DNA from: Octopus sinensis
Taxonomy: Eukaryota
Assembly (NCBI RefSeq): GCF_006345805.1
Contig: NC_043021.1
Location: 8,494,001 to 8,558,000 of the forward strand
DNA: 64,000 nt
Direction: 5' to 3'
Position numbers and translations under genes: made by a program. A model generated the notes under the pieces. The model saw only the letters and a list, made by a program, of their open reading frames with translations. It was not told the DNA's origin and did not search any database. Below, in pieces: positions 12,130-22,928 of this stretch (position 1 is the first letter of the stretch; each line of letters begins with the position of its first letter).

Positions 12130-12397
12130 TACTACTGGGATGGAGGTCTGTCCGACAACCAACCTATCTTTGATGAACCCACAATCACGGTGTCACCATT
12201 CTCTGGAGAAATTGATATCTGCCCACTTGACAATTCTGCAAACTTCATCCATCTGAATGTATGCAACAGCAGCGTACAGTTCACATCGGAGAATCTCTCA
12301 CGTATATCCATAGCACTGTTCCCACCTAATGCTCAGAAACTCAGTGATATCTGCAAACAAGGTTATGATGATGCACTCCGTTATTTACAGAACAACG
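12130..12397 (+). CDS. PNPLA2: PNPLA2/ATGL coding exon with catalytic DGG motif (equivalent to human exons 5+6)
   Basis: ctttgacag|TAC...AAC G|gtaaat; 268 bp, phase 0 to 1. YYWDGGLSDNQPIFDEPTITVSPFSGEIDICPLDNSANFIHLNVCNSSVQFTSENLSRISIALFPPNAQKLSDICKQGYDDALRYLQNN contains the patatin DGG motif and the TITVSPFSGE-DICP signature. Confidence 0.96.
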
Positions 12398-12431
12398 GTA
12401 AATATTTAAACTTCCTCACCTTTATATATTA

Positions 12432-12640
12432 CTAGCAGTATCGCCCGGCATTGCTCGGGTTTGTTTCGACCCTTTAGAATTGAAATTTTTGAAAAGTAAA
12501 AATTTTGCATTATGTAGCTTGTTATTCTCTTTAAGTGAACATTTTTCTGGTTGAAATACACTGAAAAATTGTGAATGTGTCTCACTGTCATACAAGCAGG
12601 GTAATTTATTTCCAATATTCTGCTAAAACATGTCTGTTAA
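12432..12640 (-). mobile_element. Helitron 3' end fragment
   Basis: Reverse complement of acccgagcaatgccgggcgatactgCTAG, the same 3' terminus as the Helitrons at 25146 and 29384; lies 34 bp downstream of a PNPLA2 donor. Confidence 0.65.
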
Positions 12641-12650
12641 TGGGGAAATA

Positions 12651-13216
12651 TTGGGTTGTACGGAAAGTTTGTGCCGATTTATAGTAGCTTACATTTCGAC
12701 TTATTTTAGAACATGGTTGAGTCTATAAAATAGGATTTGACGACACCACCATTTAGAGCACAGTTTAAGCTATCTTTTCATGGAAGAAGGTTTATGTTCC
12801 TATAACCTGTGTTAATTCTGCAACCCTTTAAAATGGAAGATAAGGAAGTTTATTTTCGGCACTTGATGCTTGGGGAACTAGACACAAATTGCTGCAGCTC
12901 GGCTGAGATGTGTTACCCCACCCTCCATATTCACCAGATATTGCTCCTTCAGATTTCCACTTATTCAGGTCTCTGCAGAATAGTCTTAATGGTAAAAATT
13001 TCAATTCCTTGGATGATGTAAAAAGATACCTTGATGAATTGTTTGCCATGAAACCCCCTCAATTCTGGGAAGAGAGTATTTTCATGGTAAAGGACAGATG
13101 GAGACGCACTGTACAACAAAATGGTTCATATTTGGTTGATTAAAATGTAATGGCAAGTATTTATTGACCTTTTTCTTTCCTTTAAAAATTTGGCACAAAC
13201 TTTCCAGACAACCCAA
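12651..13216 (+). mobile_element. Internally deleted mariner element with both TIRs
   Basis: TA-flanked TIRs TTGGGTTGTACGGAAAGTTTGTGCC / GGCACAAACTTTCCAGACAACCCAA. Start MEDKEVYFRHLML is fused to the C-terminal LPHPPYSPDIAPSDFHLFRSLQNSL (YSPDL and third-Asp motifs). Confidence 0.92.
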
Positions 13217-13376
13217 TATTACTTTGCTTTGAAATAAATAAGGTTTGGCAACAGGGAGGGCATCCAGCCATAGAAAATCTGCCTCAGTAAACTCTGAGTC
13301 ATACATGCATTGAAAAATGGACATTAAAGCTATGATGATAATGACACACCGCACACACATGCACACCACATACATA

Positions 13377-13422
<46 letters not shown>

Positions 13423-13489
13423 CACACACACATACACGTGCATGTTGTTACTTGTTCAGCATCTGGAATTTTGGAATCTCCTTATTTAG

Positions 13490-13702
13490 GTCTAATTAAC
13501 TGTACGCGTCATCTACGGATTACTACAACTATTGAGCCGCCTAGTCGAGATGGTCGTGTAATGTCAGTGTCAGAGAGGGACTGGGCGAATATCGAGAAAG
13601 AAATAAAACATGGTATCACAGAGGGGTGCAGCGACTGTGGAGAATGTAAGAGCAAAGTCAAAGAAGCCCTCTCTACAAGTTTACCACCTCAAGTCCTTGA
13701 AG
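13490..13702 (+). CDS. PNPLA2: PNPLA2/ATGL coding exon (equivalent to human exon 7)
   Basis: ccttatttag|GT...GAA G|gtaaga; 213 bp, phase 1 to 1. (G)LINCTRHLRITTTIEPPSRDGRVMSVSERDWANIEKEIKHGITEGCSDCGECKSKVKEALSTSLPPQVLE; LINCTR and EC...LP..V resemble invertebrate ATGL/brummer. Frame is compatible with the flanking exons. Confidence 0.88.
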
Positions 13703-14187
13703 GTAAGACGAACACAAGATCTTGAGTCTTGTTTTCTTTTACTCTTTACTCTTTTACTCTTTTACTTGTTTCAGTTATTTCATTGTGGCCATGCTGGAGC
13801 ACCGCCTTTAGTCGAGCAAATCAACCCCAGGACTTATTCTTCGGAAGCCTAGTACTTATTCTATCGGTCTCCTTTGCCGAACTGCTAAGTTACGGAGACG
13901 TAAACACCCCAGCATTGCTTGTCAAGCGATGGTGGCGGGGGTGGACAAACACAGACACACAAACAGATACACACATGTGCATGGCTGTGTGGTTAGGGAG
14001 CTTGCTTCCTAGCTACATGGTTTCAGGTTCAGTCCCACTGCGTGGCACTTTATGCAGGTGTCTTCTGCTATAGCCCCAAGTTGACCTAAGCTTTGTAATT
14101 GAATTCGGTAGGCGGAAGTTACTGCCATGTGTGTATGTGTGCGTGTAGGTGCTCAGTGCCTCTCCGAAAGAGAGAGAGAGGGATATA

Positions 14188-14233
<46 letters not shown>

Positions 14234-14399
14234 TACTACGGCCTTCTTTCAGCTTCTGTCTATCAAATCCACTCACAAGGCTTTGGTCGGCCCGAGGCTT
14301 TAGTAGAAGACACTTGCCCAAGGTGCAACGCAGTGGGAATGAACCTGGAACCATGTGGTTGGGAAGCAAGCTACTTACCACACAGCCGCTCCTCTCAAA

Positions 14400-14985
14400 C
14401 AATGGAAATTTCCTTCGACTGTTTGAGAGTGGCACTTCTTCACATATCTCTCTTCATCCATCCATAGTACATGACCATACCAGCACAAACGTGTCTCTTG
14501 CATGCCACATCAATGCTTCTTATGTCCAACATTTCCTTCAGGGAACTTACACTCTGTTGTGTGTGCACACTGACATTACACATCCAGCGGATCATGCTAG
14601 CTTCATTTCTTTCGAGCCTACGCATGTCCTCCGCAGTCACGGCCCATGTTTCATTGCCATGAAGCAAAGCAATTTGCACACATGCATCATACAATCTAAC
14701 TTTCACTCTGAACGAGACAACCTTTGTCACCAGTAGGGGTAGAAGCTTTCTAAACTTTGCCCAGGCTATTCTTATTCTAGTGGTAACACTCTCTGAGCAT
14801 CCACGTCCACTACTAACTTGGTCACCTAGGTAGCGGAAGCTATCAACTACTTCTAGTTTCTCTCCCTGGAGTGTGGTGGAATCTGTTTTCTGAGTATCTA
14901 TGGCGTCTATTGCCCCTGTGCATTTGCCGCATATGAAAGCTATCTTCTCGGTTAATCTTCCTATGATGTTGCTGCACCTCTTTTA
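14400..14985 (-). mobile_element. RTE-clade LINE fragment (RT C-terminal region)
   Basis: EKLEVVDSFRYLG...IAWAKFRKL...RVKVRLYDACVQIALLHGNETWAVTAEDMRRLERNEASMIRWMCNV. Confidence 0.85.
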
Positions 14986-14990
14986 TGTAT

Positions 14991-15026
<36 letters not shown>

Positions 15027-15030
<4 letters not shown>

Positions 15031-15228
15031 GGTTCAATGTTGGTCATATGTCAGCATGTGAATATAAGATTTTTTTTGCGTAATGAGATAAAAAAACCAA
15101 GGCTGTGTAGATATTAGAACAATTATAGGTAGATGTTCTAATATCTACACAGCCTTGATTTTTTTATCTCATTACGCAAAAAAAATCTTATATTCACACG
15201 CTGACATATGACCAACATTGAACCCCTT
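15027..15228. repeat. Long inverted repeat (94-bp arms, 14-nt loop) in a PNPLA2 intron
   Basis: 15027-15120 is the reverse complement of 15135-15228 with 2 mismatches. Confidence 0.95.
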
Positions 15229-15339
15229 ATTCGCAAAAATCACCGAACCTGGAATTTAACTATGGTCTGTCTATAGCACTTATTCAGGTTTACCTGACAC
15301 CTTTGGTTCTCAATGACACCATTACCTCTTATATATGTA

Positions 15340-15370
<31 letters not shown>

Positions 15371-15908
15371 ATGTATGTATGTATGTATGTATGTGTGTGT
15401 ATATGCATATGTATATAATGTACATGTATTTGTTGATTGTTTAGGTTAACGAATCGTGTCAATGTTATCTAATTGGCGTCAATCTGAAGATAACTTATAC
15501 AAATGATATACCTGTGTCGAGTTTACTAGGTAAACAATGAAGAGTATAGGATGTCAGGTGTGTTGATGTTTATCAGGTAAACAGGTGTGTAATTACTGTG
15601 AACACAGAGACAGGTTGTAGACCTTAACTTCATACACTTTGAGTCTATATATTGTTGTTGTTGATGATGATGTTGTTGTTTAGCCCCAGGTCAACCCTGA
15701 GCCAAAAAACTTACAATCAAATGCTCCAATATTTTGCTTGGATATTCCCATTTGTGTCATGTTCCTTTTTCATTCACTGTCTCAAACATTCTCCCACTAT
15801 TCCCAGCAGCTTCTCACCACTGGTACCACCAAAAGGGAACAATATTATCATTAAAGGCATAAAATTGTAAGAATCTTTTGGACAATAACTGACCAAGAAT
15901 GAGCCAGA

Positions 15909-16945
15909 AAGGCGACGAGCTGGCAGAAACGTTAGCACGCCGGGCGAAATGCGTAGCCGTATTTTGTCTGCCATTACATTCTGAGTTCAAATTCAGCCGA
16001 GGTTGACTTTGCCTTTCATCCTTTCAGGGTTGATAAATTAGGTGCCAGTTACATACTGGGGTCACTGTAATTGACTTTATCTGTTTGCCTGTCCTTGTTT
16101 GTCCCCACTGTGTGTAGACCCTTGTGGGTAGTAAAGAAATAGGTATTTTGTCCGTCATTACGTTCTGAGTTCAAATTCCGTCAAGGTCGACTTTACCTTT
16201 CATCCTTTCAGGGTCGATAAATTAAGTACCAGTTATGTACTGGGGTCAATGTAATCGACTTAAACCCTTTGTCACTCCTTGTTTGTCCCCTCTGTGTTTA
16301 GCCCCTTGTGGGCAATAAAGAAATAAGAAACGTTAGCATGCCAGACGAAATGCTTAGGGGTACTTTGACTGCCGTTATGTTCTGAGTTCAAATTCCACCG
16401 AGGTTGATTTTGCCTTTCATCCTTTCGGGGTCGATAAATTAAGTACCAGTTACGTACTGAGGTCAATGTAATCGACTTAAACCCTTTGTCAGTCCTTGTT
16501 TGTCCCCTCTGTGTTTAGCCCCTTGTGGGCAATAAAGAAATAAGAAACGTTAGCACGCCAGACGAAATGCTTAGCGGTATTTTGACTCCCATTAGGTTCT
16601 GAGTTCAAATTCTGCCGAGGTTGATATTGCCTTTCATCCTTTCGGGGTCGATAAATTAAGTACCAGTTACATACTGGAGTCGATGTAATCGATTTAAACC
16701 CGTTGTCTGTCCTTGTTTGTCCCCTCTGTGTTTAGCCCCTTGTGGGCAATAAAGAAATAGGTATTTTGACTGCCATTAGGTTCTGAGTTCAAATTCTGCC
16801 GAGGTTGATTTTGCCTTTCATCCTTTCGGGGTTGATAAATTAAATACCATTTACATACTGGAGTTGATGTAATCGACTTAAACCCTTTGTCTGTCCTTGT
16901 TTGTCCCCTCTGTGTTTAGCCCCTTGTGGGCAATAAAGAAATAAG
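15909..16945 (+). repeat. Tandem array of 5 SINE-B units
   Basis: One full-head unit, then units rejoined at either ...aaagaaatag|gtatttt or ...aaagaaata|agaaacgttagc. Confidence 0.9.
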
Positions 16946-17095
16946 AATGAGCAACATTCTGTCGTGTGTGAGAAATTTCTGCTTCTTCCTTTGTTTTGGT
17001 TCTGTTTAAATTTTGGAACTTCTTATTTAACATAACGCTACACATAATTCTTAGTTTCGTGTATTATATACAACATCGTTTCTGTTGTTTTTCAG

Positions 17096-17231
17096 TGCTG
17101 CAATCAGCTATGATATATAATAAAAAAAGCTTTGTAAAATATTTACGCCAAGGAAAAATCCACAAAGCCATTTCTATGATGATAAAGCCATGGCTTATCC
17201 CTGCTGATATTTTATTTTCATTCCTTATTAG
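17096..17231 (+). CDS. PNPLA2: PNPLA2/ATGL coding exon (equivalent to human exon 8, hydrophobic lipid-droplet-binding region)
   Basis: gtttttcag|TG...ATT AG|gtaggt; 136 bp, phase 1 to 2. (V)LQSAMIYNKKSFVKYLRQGKIHKAISMMIKPWLIPADILFSFLI(R) vs human ...[22 protein letters not shown]. Confidence 0.88.
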
Positions 17232-18113
17232 GTAGGTCTACTATATTTCATGACTTTTCTCATTATCCTCCTCTCTGACGATGCAGTTTTTCTAAGATGA
17301 TACCGTCAGTGTCTGACTCCTTCATGCTGATGGAATCTCCAGATATTTTTCCAAACTGTCATTTATTTATTGTTAAATTTTGGAATGGTTCTTTTACTCT
17401 TTTACTCTTTGACTTGTTTCAGTCATTTGACTGCGGCCATGCTGGAGCACTGCCTTTAGTCTGCTGCCCTAACCGCTGGGCCAGTGTGCCTCCACATATG
17501 CACCCTTTTAAAGTCTAGCCAGGCTCATGGGCCTGGTTTTCCGGTTTCAATGGCATATGTGTACCCCAGTTGTACGGTACGCCAGTCCATCGCAGCATTA
17601 CTCATTTTTGCCAGCTGAGTGGACTGGAGCAATGTGAAATGAAGTGTTTTGCTCAAGAACACAACGCATCGCCCGGTCCAGGGATCGAAACCACAATCTT
17701 ACGATCATGATTCTGACACCCTAACCACTAAGCCACGTGCTTCCACCATACCATGAGTAGCTGCCTCAAAATTTCGTCATGAGATTACACCCACAATAAT
17801 ACTGATACACACACACATATGCATGCCTAAACACACACACACACACACTCACGCACGCACACACCTGCAGTAGCACATGCACGTTCATACTCCCCACATA
17901 CATACACGCACTCAGAGGCAAATACCAGCTGATATAGCTTTAACGTCAGGACCAGTGCCAAAGGGAAATACACAGACAGACTGTCAGGGCAATCTATTCT
18001 CCCCTTCTAAAAAAAACCCCTTCAACAGTGATCTATGTTGATATAAATTTTGTGAACAAGAGGCTGTCATGTCGCTCCCACCATTCATTTGTATTTTTTT
18101 TTTTATATTTCAG

Positions 18114-18221
18114 GTGCCTAAAGTGCATACCACAGGTTCACCAGGACTTTGACAAAATTATTGAAGAATTGCCTCATTTCATCAACAACCTTTTCCATAA
18201 ACATCACAAGTACGAAACAAA
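18114..18221 (+). CDS. PNPLA2: PNPLA2/ATGL coding exon (equivalent to human exon 9)
   Basis: ttatatttcag|G...ACA AA|gtaagt; 108 bp, phase 2 to 2. (R)CLKCIPQVHQDFDKIIEELPHFINNLFHKHHKYET(K) aligns with human R|LLEWLPDVPEDIRWM. Confidence 0.85.
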
Positions 18222-18380
18222 GTAAGTACGACAACGTTGATGATGAAGATGGTGGTGATGGTAATGGTACCATGACATTCGCTATAACTCCCATATGATA
18301 TTTTCTTTCTACCTCACAATATTCTTGTCACAATACTCTAAGACTGTATCATTATTGAACAACGTAAATATTGTGTGGTG

Positions 18381-18411
<31 letters not shown>

Positions 18412-18927
18412 TATATATATATATACTAAATTTACTTTCTTGTTTGCAAAATACCCATTTCTTTACTACCCACAAGGGGCTAAACACAGAAGGGACAAAC
18501 AAGGACAGACAAACGGATTAAGTCGATTATATCGACCCCAGTGCGTAACTGGTACTTAATTTATCGACCCCGTAAAGATGGAAGGCAAAGTCGACCTCGG
18601 CGGAATTTGAACTCAGAACGTAACGGCAGACAAAATACGGCTACGCATTTCGCCCGGGTGCTAACGTTTCTGCCAGCTCGCCGCCTTCTAAATTTACTTT
18701 CTTGTTTGCAAAATACCAGCCGCATTTGATGCTTCCAAAGTTTGTTTATAATATACACACACACACACACTGGGGGAGGGGGTAGTCGATTGTATCAACT
18801 CTGGTACTTAACTGGTATGTAACATTTTCCCAGTGTTGATAAAATAAAGTACTAGTCAAGAACTGGGGTTAGTCTAGTCGAATATCTCACCCCCTAAAAT
18901 TGATGGCTTTGTGCTAGAATTATAAAC

Positions 18928-18972
<45 letters not shown>

Positions 18973-19954
18973 GAGTATCATCATCATCATCATTATTGAG
19001 TGAGGGATCAGTGCATGCCAACAAAGTGACACGGGTACAAATATATATTTCTTTACTGCCCACAAAGGGCTAAACATAGAGGGGACGAACAAGGACAGAC
19101 AAAGGGATTAAGTCGATTACATCGACCCCAGTGCGTAACTGGTACTTTATTTATCGACCCCGAAAGGATGAAAGGCAAAGTCGACCTTGGCGGAATTTGA
19201 ACTCAGAACGTAACGGCGGACGAAATACGGCAACGCATTTCGCCCGGCGTGCTAACGTTTCTGCCAGCTCACCGCCTTCCTACAAATATATGAAGCCCAA
19301 TATAACCATTATGATTACTTAAACATCACAACCATATGTGTGTGACATGGTGATCTTATATCAAGATAAACAGCACATGACCCTACAGGTAAGGGCCCAG
19401 TTAGAATTTTCTTCAGGTTGAGTAGACCATCCCTCTCATAAGGTTCCTGAATAAATATTATTTAAGGATCCCAAAGGATTCCTCTCAACACATGGCTATG
19501 ATGCTTCCCTACTACTTCTGCTCGTGATCAGAGATGTACATGTTGTTAGTCACCAAGGGACATGCTCAACTTGTTTAGGTCAAGCAAATCTGTGATATTG
19601 AGCAGAATATTTGCTGTAGCCCATCTTTTATACCAAGACAAAATAATGTACATGATAACACTTCCAATCAGTTAAGATCAAAAGCCATGAGAGCCACCGC
19701 CTGGTTATTATTATTATTATTTATCACTACTGATAAATGATAATACTTAAACAGAGGCAGTAAATTTATTTAGGGGTGTGGAGGGAATAGCTGGTGATAT
19801 TGGTCTTCAGTACTTGAATGGTGCTTTATTTTATTGAACCCGGGAAAGTAAAAGAATGAGTAGATCTTGGTGAAATATGAGGTCAGGAAGTAAAGGGCAG
19901 TTGCTAAAACCTGTAAGTCATTTTGCTCACCACTTTCATTCATTCATTGTTCGA

Positions 19955-20175
19955 CCATGGTCGAGACAATGGAATTTACCATGCTACGCCAGACTTCACA
20001 GTCCATCATAGCATTACGGAGGTCCTGTTGCTGGATGCCTGTATCCCTGGAGATTACATCAGGGTAGAAGAGTGTGTGCCCTCTGGTATTGCGAGTAGAT
20101 GGCTTCCAGAGGAGAAGAGTAGAAATTGCCTCGTTTTCAGCTCTACAACAATGTCCAGCAAACTGGACTCTCCTA
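19955..20175 (-). mobile_element. RTE-like LINE 3' end
   Basis: PDVISRDTGIQQQDLRNAMMDCEVWRSMVNSIVSTMVEQ* followed by a (TGAA)n-like tail. Confidence 0.6.
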
Positions 20176-20821
20176 CCTTTCACAAGGGATGACACAGGTA
20201 GTAGTTTCCCATATATTTGCATTTCGGTTGGATGACACTTTATTGAGCCTAATAAGCCATGAACATCATAAATACTGAAAGATCTTATACATGTAATACA
20301 GTGAATTGTAAAACTTAAATTATGTATACATTCAGGAAACAACACCTGCCTCTAAGTGATGTTTAACATCTCAAAAGCAACAATTAAGGCAGATAACTCC
20401 AGTATGATCAGTTGTTAGAAAATAGTGATGTTTTTGTATTTATCTCCCTTGCTTGTTTTGAGTACTTTTAGAGGAAGTTTTTGTTTATAAATTGTCAAGA
20501 TTATTTCAGGTAATTTTTCAAACTCCCTAAATTACATATATGAACTCCTACAGTTTTGGCATTTAATTTGCAGAAGGTTTCTTTAAAGTATTTTTCTTCA
20601 ACCATATTTTTTATCTTTCATCTTCTACTTGCTTCAGTCATTTGACTGCGGCCATGCTGGGGCACCGCCTTGAAGTGTTTAATAGAACAAATCGACACCA
20701 GTACTTACTTTTTTTCTTTTTAAAGCGTGTTACTTTTTCTATTGGCCTCTTTTGTTGAACTGCTCAATTATGGGGGACATAAACAAACCAACACCAGTTG
20801 TCATGCAGCGGTAGGAACAAA

Positions 20822-20861
<40 letters not shown>

Positions 20862-20946
20862 TGCACACAAACGCAGACACATATATATGCATACATGGGC
20901 TTCCACATAGTTTTCACCTTCCAAATCCACTCACAAAATGTTGGTC

Positions 20947-21132
20947 TTCTGGGTTGGGTGGGTATAGAAGAAGACCCTTCTGGGTTGGGTGGGTATAGAA
21001 GAAGACCCTTCTGGGTTGGGTGGGTATAGAAGAAGACCCTTCTGGGTTGGGTGGGTATAGAAGAAGACCCTTCTGGGTTGGGTGGGTATAGAAGAAGACC
21101 CTTCTGGGTTGAGTGGGTATAGAAGAAGACCC
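20947..21132 (+). repeat. 31-bp minisatellite x6
   Basis: Unit ttctgggttgggtgggtatagaagaagaccc at 20947, 20978, 21009, 21040, 21071 and 21102. Confidence 0.95.
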
Positions 21133-21257
21133 TTAACCAACGTGTTCTATAGTGGGACAGCATGTTCACTTAATATGTAAAAATACCTTCTAGCAACATG
21201 CACACACACACACACACACCACACACACACACACTCACACACACACACACACACACA

Positions 21258-21312
<55 letters not shown>

Positions 21313-21471
21313 CATTTTCATAAAGGAGTTAACTCCATCTGCTCAGTGGAAAATGGAAAAAATAATTCTATGCAGAAATTAAAAGAAACAGCTAAATTTT
21401 TTTACATGTTTATTCTTTTAATACAGTTTCTCTTTTATATAATTATTTTCTTTTTGTTTCTCGTTCCGCAG

Positions 21472-22411
21472 GCTGGAATATCATTGTGCCTTTACCGAGG
21501 ACAACTTCCAGATGAACCAAACCAATATAGAATTGCCATCTTCTGCTATTGATATTAATCTGGTAATGAACTGCGAAGGTTTTCCCAAAGAAGAAACCTT
21601 CCAAACTTCTACAGAGTTGTCTGGCGGCACCTACGACACTGCAACAGTTTACAGGGAACAGACATCCAAAGACCCAGTATCAGCACTGAACAGCATGAGA
21701 AATTGTAACCAAATACAGGATGGCGTTAGTGATGCTGTGTTGGACCAATTCAAACTCTGGCTGGAAGCAGCCAACAATAACGATGCTACTATAGCTTATT
21801 ATTACCTTGATACGGAATCAAACACGATGAAGGTGGAACAAATCTTCAATATACCTGAAGATTCTAGAAGTCTTGAGCAAATGCCAGAATGCCATGTAAC
21901 TATGACCGATGAATATGTACGAAGGAGGAAGTCAGCAGTACCTTATTTGCAGAACTTTAGGGCACAAAGATTGCAAATTCCTGGTGTTTCAGGAAGTTAC
22001 CAAGTGAACAATGGTTCTGCAAATAGACCTGCATTGCAAAGACTTAAACGGAGAACCTCATTGGATTCAGGTATCATAACGAGAAAATATGCTTCCTTTA
22101 ATGACCAGTCAAACAGGCGATATCAAAGGCTACAACATCAACAACAGCAATATCAACAAAGAGAAGACATAGGAAGAGCAGAGGAACAACTACAGCATCG
22201 GAGGCAATGTGAGCAACTTGAGAATCTAGGAGAAGATGGAGCTACAGATAATTATAATTATGATTTCAAAGAAATAGAAGATATAGATTTGTATAACACC
22301 AGTATTATCCAAGCCTCATCACAGGACTGTAGTATTACAAATTCGAACTGTTCTAGTGATACTCCTAAAAGGAATAGCTGTCCTGAAATAACTGATATTC
22401 TCTCTAAATAG
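21472..22411 (+). CDS. PNPLA2: PNPLA2/ATGL terminal coding exon (312 aa, low-complexity, Q-rich)
   Basis: Acceptor tctcgttccgcag|G at 21471/21472, phase 2. LEYHCAFTEDNFQ runs in frame into ORF 21512-22411 (MNQTNIELP...ITDILSK*), the longest non-repetitive ORF in the window. Assignment rests on frame and splice continuity, not recognised homology. Confidence 0.8.
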
Positions 22412-22532
22412 AATTAGAAATTCTTTTGTTTCATTGGAAAACTGTCAGTACTGTTAATGTTATGAGAATCACCAAAGGAAACCATCTTAGTTTTGTTATC
22501 TTCACTGTAATAGGCAAACTGAAAGTTTTCAG

Positions 22533-22928
22533 TTAACCCTCTCGATACCAACCCGGCTGAAACCGGCTCTGACTCTGAGTACAAATGTCTTGTTTTCATA
22601 AGTTTTGAATTAAAATCTTCCACCAAACCTTAACCACAATTTATGTTCCTAACACAAGCTGAATGATAACCAAATTATTTTACTAAATTCTTTGCTATAT
22701 TTAACCCTTTCGATACCAACCTGGCTGAAACCAGCTCTGGCTCTGAGTACAAATGTCTTGTTTTCAAAAGTTCTGAATTAAAATCTTCCACCAATCCTTA
22801 GTCACAGTTTATGTTCCTAACACAAGCTGAATGATAACTAAGTAATTTTACTAAATTCTTTGTTATATTTAAAGTAATTGAAAGAAACCCAGAGCATCAC
22901 AAAAGAAATACAGTAACGAAAGGGTTAA
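22533..22928. mobile_element. piggyBac-like MITE (TTAA TSD, CCCTTTCG TIR) with a duplicated 5' ~168 bp
   Basis: TTAA-CCCTCTCGATACC at 22533, TTAA-CCCTTTCGATACC at 22701, and terminus GTAACGAAAGGG-TTAA at 22913-22928. Confidence 0.8.

Noticed and set aside
12910-13143. Functional or domesticated mariner transposase
   Set aside because: Most of the ORF is deleted; only the C-terminal ~80 codons remain.
15478-15520. CTGAAGA as a hammerhead core near the 94-bp foldback
   Set aside because: No proper stem II/GAAA or stem I partner.
21512-22411. Stand-alone 299-aa single-exon gene
   Set aside because: The frame stays open upstream to a strong acceptor at 21472 in the phase needed by the preceding PNPLA2 exon.
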